This document shows positions 50,489-64,000 of a stretch of 64,000 nt of DNA, piece after piece. A model generated the notes under the pieces. That model was not told the origin of the DNA. It saw nothing but the letters and a program-made list of their open reading frames with translations, and made no database searches. The translations under genes were made by a program, and so were the position numbers. Within the stretch, counting starts at the first letter, position 1, and the number at the start of each line of letters is the position of its first letter. The stretch comes from Octopus bimaculoides (taxonomy: Eukaryota). The DNA lies in NCBI RefSeq assembly GCF_001194135.2, contig NC_068986.1, positions 1,511,997 to 1,575,996 on the forward strand. Direction: 5' to 3'.

Positions 50489-52449
50489 ACATGCAATACA
50501 CATTCATGCAGGTATGCTTATACCTTTTATCTGTTTCACTCATTAGACTGTTGGGGCATCACCTTGAAGAATCTTTAGTCAAATGAATCAATCTCAGTAT
50601 TTATAATCTTTTCTTTTTTTTAAGCCTGGTATTTATTCTGTTAGACTCTTTTACTGAACTGATTAAATAAGTGCCAGGTTTATAAAGAAAATAAATAGTG
50701 GAGTTGGTTCATTCGAGTAAAAGTTCTTCAAGATGGTGCCGCAACGTGACCACAGTCTAATGACTGAAACAAGTAATATATATGTATAAGTATACACACA
50801 CACACATATATATACATATGTGGTTAAGAAGTTTGCTTCCACATGGATTTGGGTGTAGTTTTGGGCTTCAATGGAGTGATCACATAGAGGCCACTTTACA
50901 GTGTCAAAGAAGTCAATGTATGTACCTGTAACAATAGAATCTAATGAACCTAACGGTGGTCTATGTCAGCAAATGGCATGTGTAAAATACATTTGTAAAG
51001 TAGAATAAGTGGTTTTGTTTTGAGGGTAAGCAGACATCTACAGAGTCACATTAAGGAAACCAAATGATTGCACTTTGGGTGCTCAAATTTGGGAGCAACA
51101 AAGCAATTGTGAAGAACTTCAGAATTGCTTAACCCAGCTGCAAGAACATGTAAACTTGGAAATAAAGAGAGAAGTTAAAGTTGTTCCTAAAATAGAAGAG
51201 GATGGAGGAGAGAGGCGAGGTGGAGGGGGCAGTGGAGGTGAAGGATATTCACCTGTTGTCACATGATTTGGTGTGGCATGATGCATTTCAAATTTTTCTT
51301 TTCTGACAAGACAGTTGCTTAATGATATTTACAATCACAAAACTATAGATTTCATGTCTGTGACTGCATTTTTCAGCTTGTGTAAAGTGAACGATGACTG
51401 TATAATGTTATAGAATATTGAAGATGGGACGCATATTGTAGGTCAGAGAAAAGGATGTGCATATTGTGAGTCAAAGAGAAAGGGGTACACACTGAGAGAG
51501 TGGCCTTGGAAGCTGAATTCTCTGACATCATCCCTGGATCTCTAATATTTCAGGCAAGACTTTTTCTTGAAGAGAAAGACGAAATATTTAGTGTTAGTGT
51601 TGAATAAATAGATTGACAGTATCTATGTCTGAATTTTGTTGAATATGCAATCAAACATAAGAAACAGAGAAACTTGATATTCTCAGAGGAAATGAAATGT
51701 CAAAACGTGACACTCATGTGCTTTCTAAAGAGGATTTGCATTGTAAGCAGAAGTGAAATAATTTCAGTATTTCAGAAGGCATTAACAGAATAAGAGCATA
51801 AATGGTAGAATCTGATACATACAGGATGACCAGATAGAAAAATAATCGGAAGTTTCTGTTAGATTACTAGTGATTTCATGTACTTGTTCATTGCCAAGAT
51901 ATTTTAATTCTCAACATACATAGTCTCATAAACTGTAAATAAGTTCCACAGGGATGTTGATATATGACCTTGCTGTAAGTAGTAGCAGATCTGCTTTGTG
52001 AAATGCATAACCAGATTTCAGAGGGGGACGTTTACAAAGAGCTTGTTACTGATTGATAAATATGTCTGGTCATGAAAAGTCAAGTAGCCAATGTAATCTA
52101 TCACAAGAATATGAAGGATTGATACACACTCTATGTACACAGCAAGCCTAATGTTGTATGTAGTTATGGATATTTCCTCCTCAGCTTGTCAATATACTCC
52201 AGTTCCCTCTGTGTTGCGTTGCATGCATACAATCCTCCAGGCTTTTGTTCCCAGTACATTCTTTGATTTTGTCAGTCTGCAAATGTCTTTGACAGCTCTC
52301 TTCCCCTCTACACTCGCTGCCAGTATGGTCTTGGGCAATAACTTGTAGTGCATCATATATCTTTGAAGTCCATAAAGCTATCACAACGCTAATATGGGTG
52401 TTTATTATTGTTATTATTTAATCTTCTCAATTAAAAACTAAAGATTTGA

Positions 52450-52560
52450 TCCCATTTGGGCTGGTCTTTAGCAACACTCACGAGGATGCCTTTCTCTCAG
52501 TTCATCTTCAATTGTATTCTTCGGCCATCCAGGTTTTCACATTCCAGATGGTATCTGTCT
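52450..52560 (-). mobile_element. Possible RTE LINE C-terminal remnant
   Basis: IPSGM*KPGWPKNTIEDEL...VAKDQPKW resembles the GRPxxxW...AxDRxxW terminus. Confidence 0.35.
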
Positions 52561-53089
52561 TAATGATACATTAAAATCCTGTTCTGGTCGACTCTGTGAT
52601 TACGACTGAGTCAGTTGACATTTTGATTAAAGAACTACACTATTGCTATCAGTTTTGCAATACAGGTACTCACTCTCTAGTCATGTCATTTATGCAGGTG
52701 TCAACTTGCACCTGTTTAAGTAGAACACTATAATGGCATGACTCTCACCAGTTTTGGAATGCCAGCAAATGCCATGGGTACAACTCCTTTCTCTACACCC
52801 AACAACATAAAAAAAAATTTTTTTTTAAATATTAAAAGTAATAATTCAACTCTTGTGTGTCATCTCATTTCATCAAACATGAAGACATGAATGAAAGGTA
52901 AGTTGGGTTTTTTTTTGTTGCTTTTAAATCCTAAAAACAATATCAACAGCAACAACAGTGAGCTTTAAAGGAAATAATTAGAACAATTAAACAACAGCCA
53001 CCACAGTATGAATGCTTGTTGCATTTTGGGGCAGAAATAATTAACAGGGTAATTAACTGCAATATGTAAAAGTAACTATAGTAGTTGAT

Positions 53090-54385
53090 ATAGTAATACC
53101 ATCACCACCAGCCCCACCACCAGCATCAACAACAACAACAACAACAAACAACAACTGTATTAATGTATCCACCAGACCATGACCACTACTTACCATCACT
53201 AACAACAACGTCCTCAAGACATCCACCCCTCTGCGGCTACCACCACCACCTCCTCCTCCTCCTGCTCTTCACCATCAACAACAACCACTGCTACTACAAC
53301 TACAATATCACTCACAACACTATCAACAAATCCATCCATCTCACCACCACCACCGATCTTGACCCTTTCACCTGTTACATGGACAATGAGACGAAGCAAA
53401 GCAGGAATCTGTTTCATTAAAAATAATAATTATGCATGAAGGATTGTTTAAAGCGATGCAGCACTCGTTTCTCTTTTGTTGCATCAACAACACCTGCACA
53501 AACTGCACAATCTGCAAACATCTATTGTGATGGGAGTGACATAATCTCGTTGAAAAATGGAGGTTTCATTTCGTCTGTTTTTTTTTTTCCATTTTGTTGA
53601 TGCTGCTGTATTGCTGCTGCTGATGATGATGATGATGATGACGACGACGACGATGATGATGATGAGGAAGAGGAGGAGCAGGAGGAGGAAGATAATGATC
53701 GTGATGACAGTGGCAATGAGGTGATGACAATGGTGACGAAGATGATGATGATGAGATGATGGTGATGTGATGATGATAACGATGAAGATGGTAATGATGC
53801 TGACAGTCATATGATAACGATGATGAGGATGATGACAATGTTAGTCATGGCAATGTTGAGACTGATGTCGCCATCCATCTTGCCATTGTCATTGTGTTGT
53901 TGCTGATAGTGATGATGATGATGATGATGACTACGACTTTAACATTAACAATGATGATGATGATGATGATGATACTGTCAGCAGAGATAATATTGCAGCT
54001 GATATTGCCATTGTTGTGCAGCCTCCTCTCAACCACACTCACAACAGAGACATTCAAAGAAGTAGGAGGAGTAGTGGCAGTGGTGGTAGTAGTAGTTTAG
54101 TAGTAGTAGTGGTGGTGGTGGTGGCAGTAGTAGTAGTAATAGCAGTAGCAACAGTAATGGCATTGGTAGTAGTAATGGTGGTGGTGGTAATGGTGACAGT
54201 GGTGATGGTAGTTGTTGTAGTAGTGGTGGTGGTGGTGGTAGTGACTCTAGTGGTAGTAGTAGTAGCAGCAGTAGTAGTAGTGGTGGTGGCAGTGGTGGTG
54301 GTGGTAGTAGTAGCAGCAGCAGTAGCAGGAGTAGTAGCAGTAGTAGTAGTAGTAGTAGTAGTGGTAACAGTAGCGGCAGTAGTTC
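53090..54385. repeat. Compound trinucleotide low-complexity region (ACC/AAC, GAT, GTA/GTG blocks)
   Basis: Direct reading. Confidence 0.9.
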
Positions 54386-54469
54386 TACACAGCACAGTCA
54401 GTTCTGGACCTGAAACTGCTCATTTATGCATAAAATGTTTTAGAAGTGTCAAGATATGGTGACTCTACA

Positions 54470-54735
54470 TTCGATCAAATCTGGTCATCTCTGACCCACA
54501 TCTGATCAAATCTGGTGTGCTCCAAGGCTCAGTTTCCTCACCCTCGCTCTTTCTCAAAATTATACATCCACAACCGAATTGCAATCACTCATCAGTGACG
54601 CCCACTCATAATGCACATGGTTTCTTCCTTCATTCTGCCCTAAACTCCAGCACCCAAGCATCACTCGTTATGGATCTCTCCACTTCAATGACAGATGCTA
54701 TACATCACAAACCACTGACTGCTGGAAGTAGGTAA
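54470..54735 (+). mobile_element. Degenerate CR1/L2/Jockey-type RT fragment
   Basis: IKSGVLQGSVSSPSLFL (cf. SGVPQGSVLSPxLF) followed by a decayed HSYADD-like segment. Confidence 0.6.
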
Positions 54736-54842
54736 CCTGGTCGTTGTGGTTTGTACACAGCAACAATGTTTAAGCTATAGAGGGGGAGGAGGAGGAGAAG
54801 AAGATGTATGAAATTGTGTATGGGTATGTATGTATATATATG

Positions 54843-54873
<31 letters not shown>

Positions 54874-55364
54874 ATATATATGTATGCACATGTATGTATG
54901 TATGGATGGATGTATGTATATATATATATATATGATTATATACATTTATGTCAACACTGCTTGTATAAATACAAGATTAACTCCCCTTTACGATCCCATT
55001 ATTTACATAACATTCCTCTCCAATTTTTATCGGATTTAAATCATATTATTATCTCCCAATTCTAAACTCTAAATTTCCTTTCTTCTTTTCTTCCCTTCTT
55101 ATTTCTTTATTGCCCACAAGGGGCTAAACATAGAGGGGACAAACAAGGACAGACAAAGGGATTAAGTCGATTAAATCATCCCCAGTGCATAACTGGTACT
55201 TAATTTATCAACCCTTCTTGCCCAAACTGGTACTTAATTTATCAACCCTTCTTGCCCAACGTACTATCTCGTAGCGTTCCAACCTCCAACGTTACGTAGC
55301 AATCTTCTCTAACTACAGTTATCACATTCGATTAAAATGTCTTACGGTTAAGCTGGTTCCTATG

Positions 55365-55456
55365 TATTTCCCTGAAGAGAAGATTACATCCTTATCAACA
55401 TCACCTATTCTTTTGGAAGGTACAATTTGTAATCTTCGAAACATATGTTGGAAATA
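55365..55456 (+). ncRNA. Type I hammerhead ribozyme motif, intact core (Penelope-like pLTR type)
   Basis: Stem I TATTTCC/GGAAATA (7 bp); CTGAAGA 55372-78; stem II GAAGATTACA/TGTAATCTTC (10 bp); GAAA 55438-41; palindromic stem III ACATATGT; cleavage triplet GTT ending 55449. Confidence 0.9.
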
Positions 55457-55502
55457 AAAGAATTCATTTAACATATGCGTTTTACTCCATTTACTAAATT
55501 TA

Positions 55503-55548
<46 letters not shown>

Positions 55549-55557
55549 CATTGTTTT

Positions 55558-55774
55558 AATCTTTTACTCACTTGACTGTGGCCATGCTGGAGCACCATCT
55601 TAAAGGGTTATTNNNNNNNNNNNNNNNNNNNNNNNNNNNNNAGATGAAGAAATTGACCCCCAGGACTTCTTTGTAAACCTAGTACTTATTTTATCGGTCT
55701 CCATTGCTGAACTGTTAAGTTACAGGGACGTAAACACACCAACATTGGTTGTCAAGCAATGGTGGGGGAACAAA

Positions 55775-55812
<38 letters not shown>

Positions 55813-55966
55813 ATGGGCTTCTTTCAGTTTCTGTCTACCAAATCCACTCACAAGGCTCTGGTTGACCCGAAGCTATAGTAGAAGACACTTGCCCAAGGTG
55901 CCACACAGTGGTACTGAACCTGGAACCATGTGGTTGAGAAGCAAGCTTTTTACCACACAGCCATGC
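55558..55966 (-). mobile_element. Family-C SINE (contains an N gap)
   Basis: Similarity to 15609-15985. Confidence 0.85.
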
Positions 55967-56520
55967 CTATACACACACACACATATAATATAAACATATA
56001 TAGTTATATATACACTCAGATACACATACATAGATATACAGAAGACTTCTTTCAGTTTCTGTCAACCAAATTATACTCAAGGTACTGGTCCACCTGCAAT
56101 GGTATATATAGAACCCCAAACAACATGGTCTCAATATGAACTTCCTAACCATACAGACATGCCTGTATCTATTCTCACATACATACACCCATACATGTAC
56201 ATAGTTGACTGACTCCATCCCAGTTCAGTTCAATTCAAATTAACTTGCTGCATATTAATTAAAATTATATCATTACAAACACATTGTATAATATAATTAC
56301 ATAAGCAGTGATTAAGCTATTGAGCTGAGGGAACACAACAATGTCAACTCAGATAAAATTTTAACTCATAAATAATAATTCAAATGAGAAATTTGTGTCT
56401 GTTTATATTAAAGAGACAGAGGAGAGGGTTGGTATTGATTTTATTTCTTCTCTATGAAAATAGAAGCACAATCTTCCTGTTTCTATATATATATATGTGT
56501 GTGTGTGGTGTGTGTATGAG

Positions 56521-56563
<43 letters not shown>

Positions 56564-58014
56564 ATATACATATGTATCAGTTTTATAATCCTGAAGAAAT
56601 ATTTAATATCTGCCATTCCAGTCTATGTTTCCATAGATTTAAATTATATAATGCTACCATACAACATGAATTAATATATTCTATATAAAGAAACACTCTG
56701 ATAGATGCTGATACAGACTACATGAAAGAAAGCAATGCTGATTAACAAGCCAAAAATATTTCACAGCTAGATTAACTTAATATTCTTATATGATATTGTT
56801 ATTAATCCATACTGGTTTATATGGTTTCATTCATTTGCTAAAATGCCCATTTTTGCATGTTGGTATTGATCTGAAGGGAGTGTTATTTGTGGCAAGCTTT
56901 TACAGCTGGATGCATTTCCTGTTGCCAACCTTTACCTGTTTTTTCAAGTTAGGGATTTCTTTATTCCACTGACTTTTGTGAGAGAGCAAAGCAACTGGTC
57001 ATAATGTCAACAAGTAATGGCAACATCAGCACCACTTCACTCAAGTGATGATATGAGTGGAATATAAACATTCACATACATCTGTGCTAACACATATGCA
57101 CACAGCCACAAACACAAACACACACACACACACACACACACATGGAAACTCTGTTTTGATAAAAATATACTAAAATTGGAAATTTAAAAATTTCCTAGAC
57201 AATGGAAAATTTAATAATTACTTTCTTTTAATAAAAATTATATGATTCTAAGTAATTTATAAGCAGCTTTCTCCATTATAGAATAATTTATTATTATTTG
57301 CTTCAGACAAAATTGCCTAATAGTATGTTTTATGACTCTTCATATTTTGAGCTCAAACCCCACTTGGATCATCTTTCACAGGTCAACAAAAGAAGTACCA
57401 GCAAAGTACTGAGATTGATATATTCAACTGTTCCTTCAACCCAAAAATTCTTATGTAACAATTCTTATGTAAGAAATAAATAATAATGATTATTATTAAC
57501 AATCCAAGTTCACACACAATCTGTTGCAATTATTTTATTGATATTACTAAAGTTCTTGGTAAAAGCTTAGAGATTAAAGTTTCTTGTTTTGCCTCACTTA
57601 TAAATCTGAACTAATGCAAGCAGGAAATCACAGATCTTAAAACTTTTATCATTACATCTTCATCAGCAGCAACTGCGCCATTTGTCTTCATCATCATCAT
57701 CATCATTATTATTACTATTTCTATCTTGTAAAAAGTTTTACTTGCAAAAAGTGTTTGAATATACATTACACACACACACACACACACACACATGTACACA
57801 CACACACACACACACACATGTACACACATATACACACACACATGCACAGACACACACACGTGTATACTTACATACGTATACATAAAAAGCAGCACATTTG
57901 GTCCACATGGTTACGATCAAAATTCTTCACAAAAAATAAGTAAAAAGTGGAAATATTGAACACCAGCCAGAAAATATTTTAGTCGGCATTATATATATTA
58001 GAAAATAAACCAAT

Positions 58015-58067
58015 AACTATACACACATATACACAGATACATACATATATATACTATATATATATAT

Positions 58068-58150
<83 letters not shown>

Positions 58151-58232
58151 TACACATTTTTATATATATATATATGTGTGTGTATGTATGTATGTATATA
58201 TGTATGTATGTACATATATATATATATATATA
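58015..58232. repeat. Long (TA)n/(TG)n microsatellite (representative of dozens in the window)
   Basis: Direct reading. Confidence 0.95.
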
Positions 58233-61200
58233 AAATAAGAGGGAAAAGTGTAAATTTATGCCCTGTTATGTTAACCTTTTTATGACCTTACATAGATTCT
58301 CTAGAAAATCTGCTTGATGCAAGGTCAAACATTCATTGTTAAGGAAGAAATTACATGCATTTTCTCTATATCTTCCTACTTAACTCTAAATAAAAGAAAT
58401 ATCTACGATTTTTATGTTTTTAATAGCAAGATGTAAAGAAATTTCTAGATTTACTGAGTAACGTATATTTTTTGAACAAACTGGATTTGTGTGTGAAATG
58501 TTTCAGAGAAAGCTCAGTAGAAGACTGACAATCTAGTTACCCCACTTCATTTATACCACTTTTGGTTTAACGATTACGTTCTATCATAGTTGCACTTCTT
58601 TTATAACCTTATAGTCAGAAAGGAAGGCAGGACCCTTGATTCTTTAGGTGTTGTGTCACTTTGTTCACATCTTTTCGTCTGACATCTTTTTGTCTGATGA
58701 CTCTTTCGTCCAATGACTTTTTGTCCAATTTTAGATAAACTCTTTAGAAAACAAAGTGAACATATGAATCAAATATCATTGAAAATTTTAATTTTAAATC
58801 TCGATGCCAAAGTTTGAAGAGTCATGATTTTTCTTAGGGAAGATATAGCAATGGCCTCCAATTGTCTTTTGTTGATTTACTTACAGCTTATTCAGCTAGT
58901 CTTCTGCCCTCAAGCTTACCCCTAAGGTACAGAGCCTATTTAATTCTTAGGCAAGATGGCTGGTTCACATAACATCAAGGCTTGTCCTTATGTGACACAT
59001 CAGTAGGAGCCCAGCCCTCCTCCAAGTCTTAAATGTCTTAACTACAAGACCATCTGCTACATAACTCATGAGTGGAATCTTTGATAGGTACTACTGCCCA
59101 AGGCCAGAGCAAACCTGGGAGCTGTGGAACCTAAGGGGTTCCTGAATTCCTAAGCTGGAGCCTCACCGCTGGATGCAGTTCAACGGTTTGTCCCAGACAG
59201 TTAAACATCTTGCTTGTTGATAATTGCAGAACCCATCTCCATAAGTCTAAATTAGCTTCAGGCTGCAGAAATATTTTTTCTTATCACTTTAATTGCATGA
59301 CCAATGGAGCAAGGAATGATTTGAAATTTCAAATGTGTTAGGAATAATTTTATGAAACAATCCACAAAGAAGTTTCTCTTTCTGACTTTTCAATGCCAGT
59401 TTACAATTAAGGATGTGATTTTTGCATCTGCTATTGCATGGATTTGTTAAACCCGTCTCTCTTCTGATAGAGGAGTAAACATTTTGGATTATTTTCATCG
59501 TTGACAACTTAATTTCTAATAGCAAAGATGAATGAGATTTTGTTGGTTTTAATGTTAGATAAAACAAAAGAAATAACAAGACAGGTAAAATAACATCGAT
59601 AGAAAGTCAACAACGTAGTCTCAAGGATAAAATATCAATGACTGGATTATAGTATGCAGCAATATTGAATTAAACCAAAATTTTTCAGGTAAAATGACTA
59701 TCAACAATGTTGTTAATCCTGAAAACTGAGATGCAAAAATTTGCTCCAACAAAGATGATGGAAATGGAACAATGAAAAAAGTGTTTAATATTTTTCTCCA
59801 AGACCACTACAAAACAGAAGTCTGTTAAATAAAGTAGCATTAGGAAATGAACAACAAAATCCATTTTAAAAAGTGAACTGACATAAAATACTTGTGTTGA
59901 AAAATTTAAAATATTAAACAAATTTTATTAATGTGAAAATGCTTTTACTTTCATTGAAATTTGAAAAATGTTATTTTAACTTTAGAATATTTGCTTTGCT
60001 TATTTCCTCACAGTGGAATTTACCAATTAATAAACATGTATTCATAATTTTGTAGAAAGATAAAGATTTTATTTTTTTACTATTTTGAAAAGAATTTTTC
60101 TTTTTTTTCCCACCAAAATTACTATCTGTGCATTTTTGTAGCTGACAAAAATAGAAACAGGTTGGCATTTAATTCTGTATAAAGTATTGTCAAACCATTT
60201 GATACCAACCCACCTCTAGTTCTTTAACTCAAAAGAGCCTATTTAAAGTGTCCACACTCAAATTGAAACTTTTCACCATCTTTTGTTCTGTTTAAAACAC
60301 CATCTTTATAATCAAAAGTTGAGGTATTTTAGCAAATCTCTTAGCAGTCTTATTTCCAAAATTAAGTAAAACATATGGACAGTGTATTTCATTGGAAATA
60401 TTGTCACAAAAGGTTAATCATATGAAAGACAGAACTCTATTTTGATACAACATTTATATATTGTGTTATATATTTCCTTGAAAATTTTATAACTATTGTT
60501 AATAGATACATGAGCTGAATCATATTAGATTTAAATGTTCAGTTCATAGATATAATTAAATAACTGTAATGAATATGAACTCATAAATAATGAATTGATC
60601 ATGCAATACTTTTTATATCTGTGAGGCAATATGGGAGTCTCTATATGGTTGCTTGACATACTAGAAATAGGAAGTAAAACATGAAAACATAACCTCCTTC
60701 CTTGGCAGAGGTAAAAATTCAATGAAGAAACATTCAATGTTCACTAACAACTTAAAAGTGAACATTTTTTTGTGATATTCTATAGAATTATAGGAGAAAA
60801 CAACAGTGAAATGTAAATTTATTGGCGTTTTGAGCTGTTTTTAATCAGTGGTGAAATCTACAAACTGTGTTTGTTGTTTTGCATCAGATATGATGTATTT
60901 TTAAGTTAGTAACAGCAGGGCATTACTATTTCTCATAAGAATACTGTGGTCATTGGTGGCTATTTGTGCATCCACTGTTAAAGCTCAAACAACTCTAAGG
61001 AGCTTCATTTGTGATTTTCAGCTTTCATAGACTTTTAATCAAAAAAAAAAAAAAAAGAAATCTGGAAGATATCTGTATTAGTTGATTAAATTGATCCCTG
61101 TACATCACTGGAACTTTATCTTATCAATAAGGGAAGGATGAAAAGTAAAGTTGATTTCAGAAATGCCAGAATTAAATACCACAGAGTATTTTGACCCATG

Positions 61201-61869
61201 CTATAATAAGTCAACTAAATCTACCACCAGCATACAATGGAATTCATCAAATGTTGAACGAGTGAAATACAGCCAAATTTTGCTGAGATCATTGGTAAAC
61301 AAAGAAAGACATGTAGGCAAGAAAACTTGATAACAAAAGATAGCAGACAGGTAAGAATTTCTTGGAAAAGAATAGTGCTTAATTAGAATTTAGCTATCTA
61401 AGTTTTGACAAAGCTACAACATGCAGGTATGCACAAAAATACACACACATACGGCTGTACAGAGAAAAAAAATTATACACAAGCAAGAAGAGATATAAAT
61501 AAACAAATGCATACACATCTAAGTTGATACATGAAATATTTGAAACAAGTGCCAAAATCTAGGCATTCTTTGACCTATATAGCAATAGGATTGATTACTA
61601 TAAATAGGAAGAAAATAGATAACAAAATAAATGAATTCATTAGATTGGCATTCATAAATACTAGTGAAACTTTGTATCAACACCTTTGTAATAAACCTAC
61701 TATTTAGATTCCATGATTATTTCAAGTTATTATTTCATAGCACCATGTTATAGCGAAAACCTCATTAAACGAACTGAAATTAGTAATTAGCGTGGGAAAA
61801 AGACCCCCCCCCCCAGAAACGTTTTAAAAATCCATAAATCCATTGTCCTTGTGCTATTCATAGACATAC

Positions 61870-61901
<32 letters not shown>

Positions 61902-62152
61902 TGCTTTATCCATATAGGATGGACTCTTATCAATAATTTACATTATATGTGCAATACTATATCAAAGGGAAAATTTATCGTTTTGATCGTGAATAAAAGA
62001 CACACCGTGTGAGTGTGTATATATATAGATATATATCTGTTTGTATGTATGTAAATATAAAAATATATATATATTATGCATGTATGTATGTATATACATA
62101 TATATAGATATATATGTATACATATATACATATATATGCATGTATATATATA

Positions 62153-62190
<38 letters not shown>

Positions 62191-62209
62191 CATATACATA
62201 TGTGTATAT

Positions 62210-62249
<40 letters not shown>

Positions 62250-63740
62250 GATAAAAATAAAAGACTGATGAGAAAGGAAAGTGAGGGAAAAGGAATAGCT
62301 AAAACAAAGAAATATTCTATATATGAAACAATATAATTATAGAGATTGAATGTAAACTTCAATAACTGTTGATTAGAACCTATCATCCATAGTCTCAACC
62401 ATAAGTGGAGACCAATAGTTTGAAATTCTAAATCTTTCATGTCTTTGATATAAATATCTATGTACAGTTTTTTAAAAATTTTAATTGAATATTGAATATA
62501 ATGAAAGTAAAGCAAAATAAAATAGTAGATAAATATTTGTCTATGTATGTATATCGTTATTTAGCTTTACTTCAAGATTTCTTGCCAATAGAGAAAGAGC
62601 CAGTTTCTAACCTGGATCCAAGGCTCCTTTATTGGAATTTCAACATCAACAGTATGTGTGTGTGGTGTGTGTGTGTAGTATGCATTCATGCATGTATGTA
62701 TGTATATGCGTAGATTTGTATGTTTTGTTTTATGTATATATTCTCATGCATATAACTGCATGTTTAGACATGTTCATATATAATTAAATGACTAACTTCT
62801 CTGAAAGTTTTACAGATTTTTATAGTTCCAGTGATGGCTTGGTTGTCTTCAAATGCATGTATGTATGTATATATGTATGTATGTATGGATGGATGGATGG
62901 GTGGGTGTGTGGGTGGAAGGATGGATGGATGTATGCATGTATGTATGTACATACATATGAATGCTTGTACATATGTATGCATGTATGTATGTATGTATGT
63001 ACCTATATATGTTCTGAGTATGACATTAACCTGCATCCAGTAGTGAGGTTGGAGTTGTCAGGAGCCAGGAATCACCCACTAATTACCATTACTCCCAGGT
63101 CCATTCTGATCCAGTCAAAATCTCATCTATGGGTTAAACGAATTTCTCAGGAGTGAAGGAGGTTCCTGTTATGTTTGGCAAGGTTGTGAAGAAAGAAGTT
63201 CTTTTTGGAGACAGATACTCTGGCTTAAAACTTGCAGCCAAAACAGTACCAGTCATCTGACGATCCATAAACATACAAGGATGAAAGCAAATCAGAACAA
63301 CGAGGCAGAATGGGAAACAGCAACCAGCTGACAAGATGAAGCAATCATCACGTACATATGTATGTATGTATGTATGTAAGCATGTATTTTTGAATGCATG
63401 TATGTATGTATTCTTTTGGAATTTATTGAAGGTCATACATTTTCAGAATTCCAACAATCACTAACAAAAGGGTGAGGCTCTCTTGATTAAGTCATAACAC
63501 TTCTTGGGGTTCATAGTTATATGCAGTGGTTGGCATATGCATATATGCATGTGTATGTACATGTGGGTGTGTGTGTGGATAAATTTGCACTCATGTAGTG
63601 CCATGTCACTTTAGTACAGAAGTGTATGCATGTGCTTCATTATTTGTATGTATGTGTGTATGCATGCATAAACTTGCATTCATGCAGTGAATGTAATATT
63701 ACTTTAGTATAGAAGTGTGATCATGCTTCATTTTGTACAG

Positions 63741-63774
<34 letters not shown>

Positions 63775-64000
63775 ATTCCATTTATGGACGTGATTTTGTG
63801 CTTTTGCTCAATCCAAGAACTTCATCTGCAAAATCCCTGGAATGTTTTACAAATATTCACTACTGTCCGACTATTTGGGTGTATTTGGAAAATGCAAATC
63901 AGTTTGTTTGTTCCTTTTAGGAGGAACTCAGTACATGTGCATATTTGTATGCAGGGGTGCAAGTGTATATTTATGCATGTGCAGTTTATGAATGTGTATG

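Noticed and set aside
54016-54462. Poly-Val / poly-Thr (mucin-like) ORFs
   Set aside because: Trinucleotide microsatellite translation.
58270-58342. Possible dead hammerhead (stem gaccttaca/tgcaaggtc, ttaac/gttaa)
   Set aside because: Core has three substitutions and lacks G12; too degenerate to call.
61230-61356. Strong + strand donor CAG|GTAAGA at 61350
   Set aside because: No convincing ORF or partner exons.
61791-61798. CSL/Su(H) site CGTGGGAA
   Set aside because: A single 8-mer is expected by chance at this window size.
63255-63295. CTGACGA...GGATGAAA spacing
   Set aside because: Stems I and III cannot form; chance match.

Overview
AT-rich eukaryotic genomic DNA, dense in microsatellites and SINEs, with many N gaps. 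The repeat landscape resembles octopus/coleoid cephalopod DNA; this is recalled, not verified. One protein-coding gene is supportable: an SLC22-family (MFS organic cation/anion/carnitine-type) transporter on the minus strand. Six coding exons (23137-22688, 20368-20138, 17160-16964, 10865-10629, 7303-7169, 228-143) splice in frame with GT-AG sites into 445 codons, and the gene runs off the left edge before the last TM helices. The right 41 kb has no supportable host coding exon. It holds SINEs, microsatellites and fossil transposons (hAT, Tc1/mariner, RTE, CR1/L2-type, R4/Dong-type). The most notable signal is a set of type I hammerhead ribozyme motifs from four unrelated repeat contexts. These are an intact one at 55365-55456, an intact-core one at 46946-46991 in a composite SINE-like element (decayed copy at 39208-39253), a near-intact one on the gene's sense strand in intron 4 (9503-9577), and a dead one inside a 235-bp foldback (26210-26444). 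Hammerheads in Penelope-like repeats are a known phenomenon, so novelty would lie in these particular families and contexts. Nothing here shows activity or expression. No tRNA, rRNA or CRISPR features were found. Almost all ORF-track entries are microsatellite, SINE or gap artefacts.
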